A stretch of DNA of 64,000 bases. Source: an uncultured delta proteobacterium. GTDB lineage: Bacteria; Myxococcota; Myxococcia; Myxococcales; Myxococcaceae. The translations under genes were made by a program, and so were the position numbers. Location: assembly GCA_963771175.1 (NCBI GenBank), contig CAVYSY010000051.1:96001-160000 (forward strand), given 5' to 3'. Position 1 is the stretch's first letter; the number at the start of each line of letters is the position of its first letter. The notes beneath the pieces were generated by a model that saw nothing but the letters and a program-made list of their open reading frames with translations, did not search any database and was not told where the DNA came from. This document shows positions 62,662-64,000 of the stretch, one piece after another.

Positions 62662-63417
62662 CTACTTGAGGAACTTCGTCACGGGCACGGGGCCCTCGTT
62701 GGACACGACGGTGCGCGAGGTGGACGGCGTGACGTGATCGCCGTGGGTGTCGCCGGACTCGAGGTGCGCGTGCTGAGCCTCGTGGCCCTCGCCCAGGCGG
62801 GTGTGGGCCTCCTTGTGCACGTGTGCCGGCTGAGCCGAGCTGGGGCGCTTGTTCCACGGGTCCGACGGGTGGCAGACCGCCGGGCCCTTGAGCAGCTTGG
62901 GGATGTCGTAGACGAAGCCCTGCCGGTTGTACTCCGCCGGCGTGTGCGTGTACGTGTCCATGCGGATGGCGTCCTTGGGGCACGCGTCCACGCACAGGCC
63001 GCACACGATGCAGCGCAGCTCGTCGATGACGAACTGGGTCGGGTACTTCTCGATGACGCGCGAGCCGGCCTCCGCGGACTCCACCTCGTACTCGCCGGCC
63101 TCGATGTAGATGCACTGCGCCGGGCAGATGGTGGCGCACATGTAGCAGGCCACGCAGCGCGGCTTGCCGTCGTCGCGCGGCACCAGCCGGTGCAGACCCC
63201 GGTACCCGGGCGGGTAGGGCTGCTTCTCCTCGGGGTACTGCACCGTGGTGACGAGGCTGGTGCCCTTGCGGGACTCGAACGGGGTGTCCACCTCGCGCGT
63301 CCCGAAGAGGTTGCGCAGGAAGTGCCGGGTGGTGATGGCCAGGCCGCGGAGCAGCTCGGGGATGTAGGAGCGCTCGCGGATGTCGGTGCGGGGTTCCTGA
63401 GTCGCCTTGTAGGCCAT
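62662..63417 (-). CDS. nuoI: NADH-quinone oxidoreductase subunit I
   Basis: [36 protein letters not shown]. Confidence 0.95.
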   Translation of the reverse strand: MAYKATQEPRTDIRERSYIPELLRGLAITTRHFLRNLFGTREVDTPFESRKGTSLVTTVQYPEEKQPYPPGYRGLHRLVPRDDGKPRCVACYMCATICPAQCIYIEAGEYEVESAEAGSRVIEKYPTQFVIDELRCIVCGLCVDACPKDAIRMDTYTHTPAEYNRQGFVYDIPKLLKGPAVCHPSDPWNKRPSSAQPAHVHKEAHTRLGEGHEAQHAHLESGDTHGDHVTPSTSRTVVSNEGPVPVTKFLK

Positions 63418-63429
63418 GGTGTCTTTCTC

Positions 63430-64000
63430 TCAGAGACTAGTGGAGGCCGCGGCGGGGTGCGCGCCGGCGGCGGGGGTGTCCGCATGGGCCGCGTGACCGT
63501 GGGCGGCGGCGGCGTGACCGTGGGCAGGCAGTCCGTGCCCTGCGCGTCGTGGCCGTGGGCGCCGTGGCCGTGCTCCTCCGTGCTCTGCTTCCTCGACATG
63601 GTCAGGGTCAGCAGGATGCCAATCTCCAGGAGGCCGACCAGCGCCAGCATCCGCAGCGAGGGATCCCACAGGATGAGGGCGCCGCTGATGAACACGTTGA
63701 CGAGGCCCATGGGCAGGAGGATCTTCCAGCCCAGCGTCTGGATCTGGTCGTAGCGGAAGCGCGGGAAGGTCCAGCGGATGGCGAGCTGCAGGCAGATGAA
63801 GAAGAGGACCTTGACCCAGAACACGGTGCCCAGAGGGTACCGAACAGCCACTGGTGCTCCTTCATGATCGCCAGGTTGGACACGTACTCGCCGCCGATGG
63901 GCAGGTGGTAGCCGCCGAAGAAGAGCACCACGATGAGGCCCGAGAGGATCACGATCTCGACGAACTCGGAGATCATGAACAGGCCGAACTTCATGCCCGA
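63430..64000 (-). CDS. nuoH: NADH-quinone oxidoreductase subunit H, 3' part (two apparent frameshifts)
   Basis: GMKFGLFMISEF, LFFGG, IRWTFPRFRYDQ---LGWK. Confidence 0.93.

Overview
High-GC myxobacterial chromosome segment (Cystobacterineae-like gene content; inference), about 60 CDSs. No rRNA, tRNA, CRISPR array, integrase or transposase was recognised. 1-13 kb: 5' part of a CglD-like gliding lipoprotein, sdaA, secreted hydrolases and redox enzymes. 13-19 kb: metalloenzyme/gluzincin/lipoprotein operon, DUF4388 protein, orphan MglA-family GTPase and anmK. 19-33 kb: a ~14 kb accessory block between anmK and murQ (14-repeat RCC1 protein, cNMP-TrxB fusion, MarR-DoxX-pirin, sugar dehydrogenase-PKD-PA14, GST, stand-alone PilY1-like vWA protein, histidine kinase). 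33-64 kb: core genes (murQ, rpmB, purN/purM, Crp plus class II phosphodiesterase, accD, folC, lptD, TetR-ECH-BKACE, small membrane-protein cluster, CHASE2 cyclase with substituted catalytic residues, nuoI/nuoH). Many genes at 37-52.5 kb carry short indels that are almost certainly sequencing errors. Best leads: the orphan GTPase module, the apparent pseudo-cyclase, the esterase with a foldase-like partner, the PilY1-like vWA protein, a Tat-lipoprotein pirin, a self-evident MarR operator and a multi-hairpin palindromic element at 61.9-62.1 kb. All assignments come from motif recognition, not database searches.
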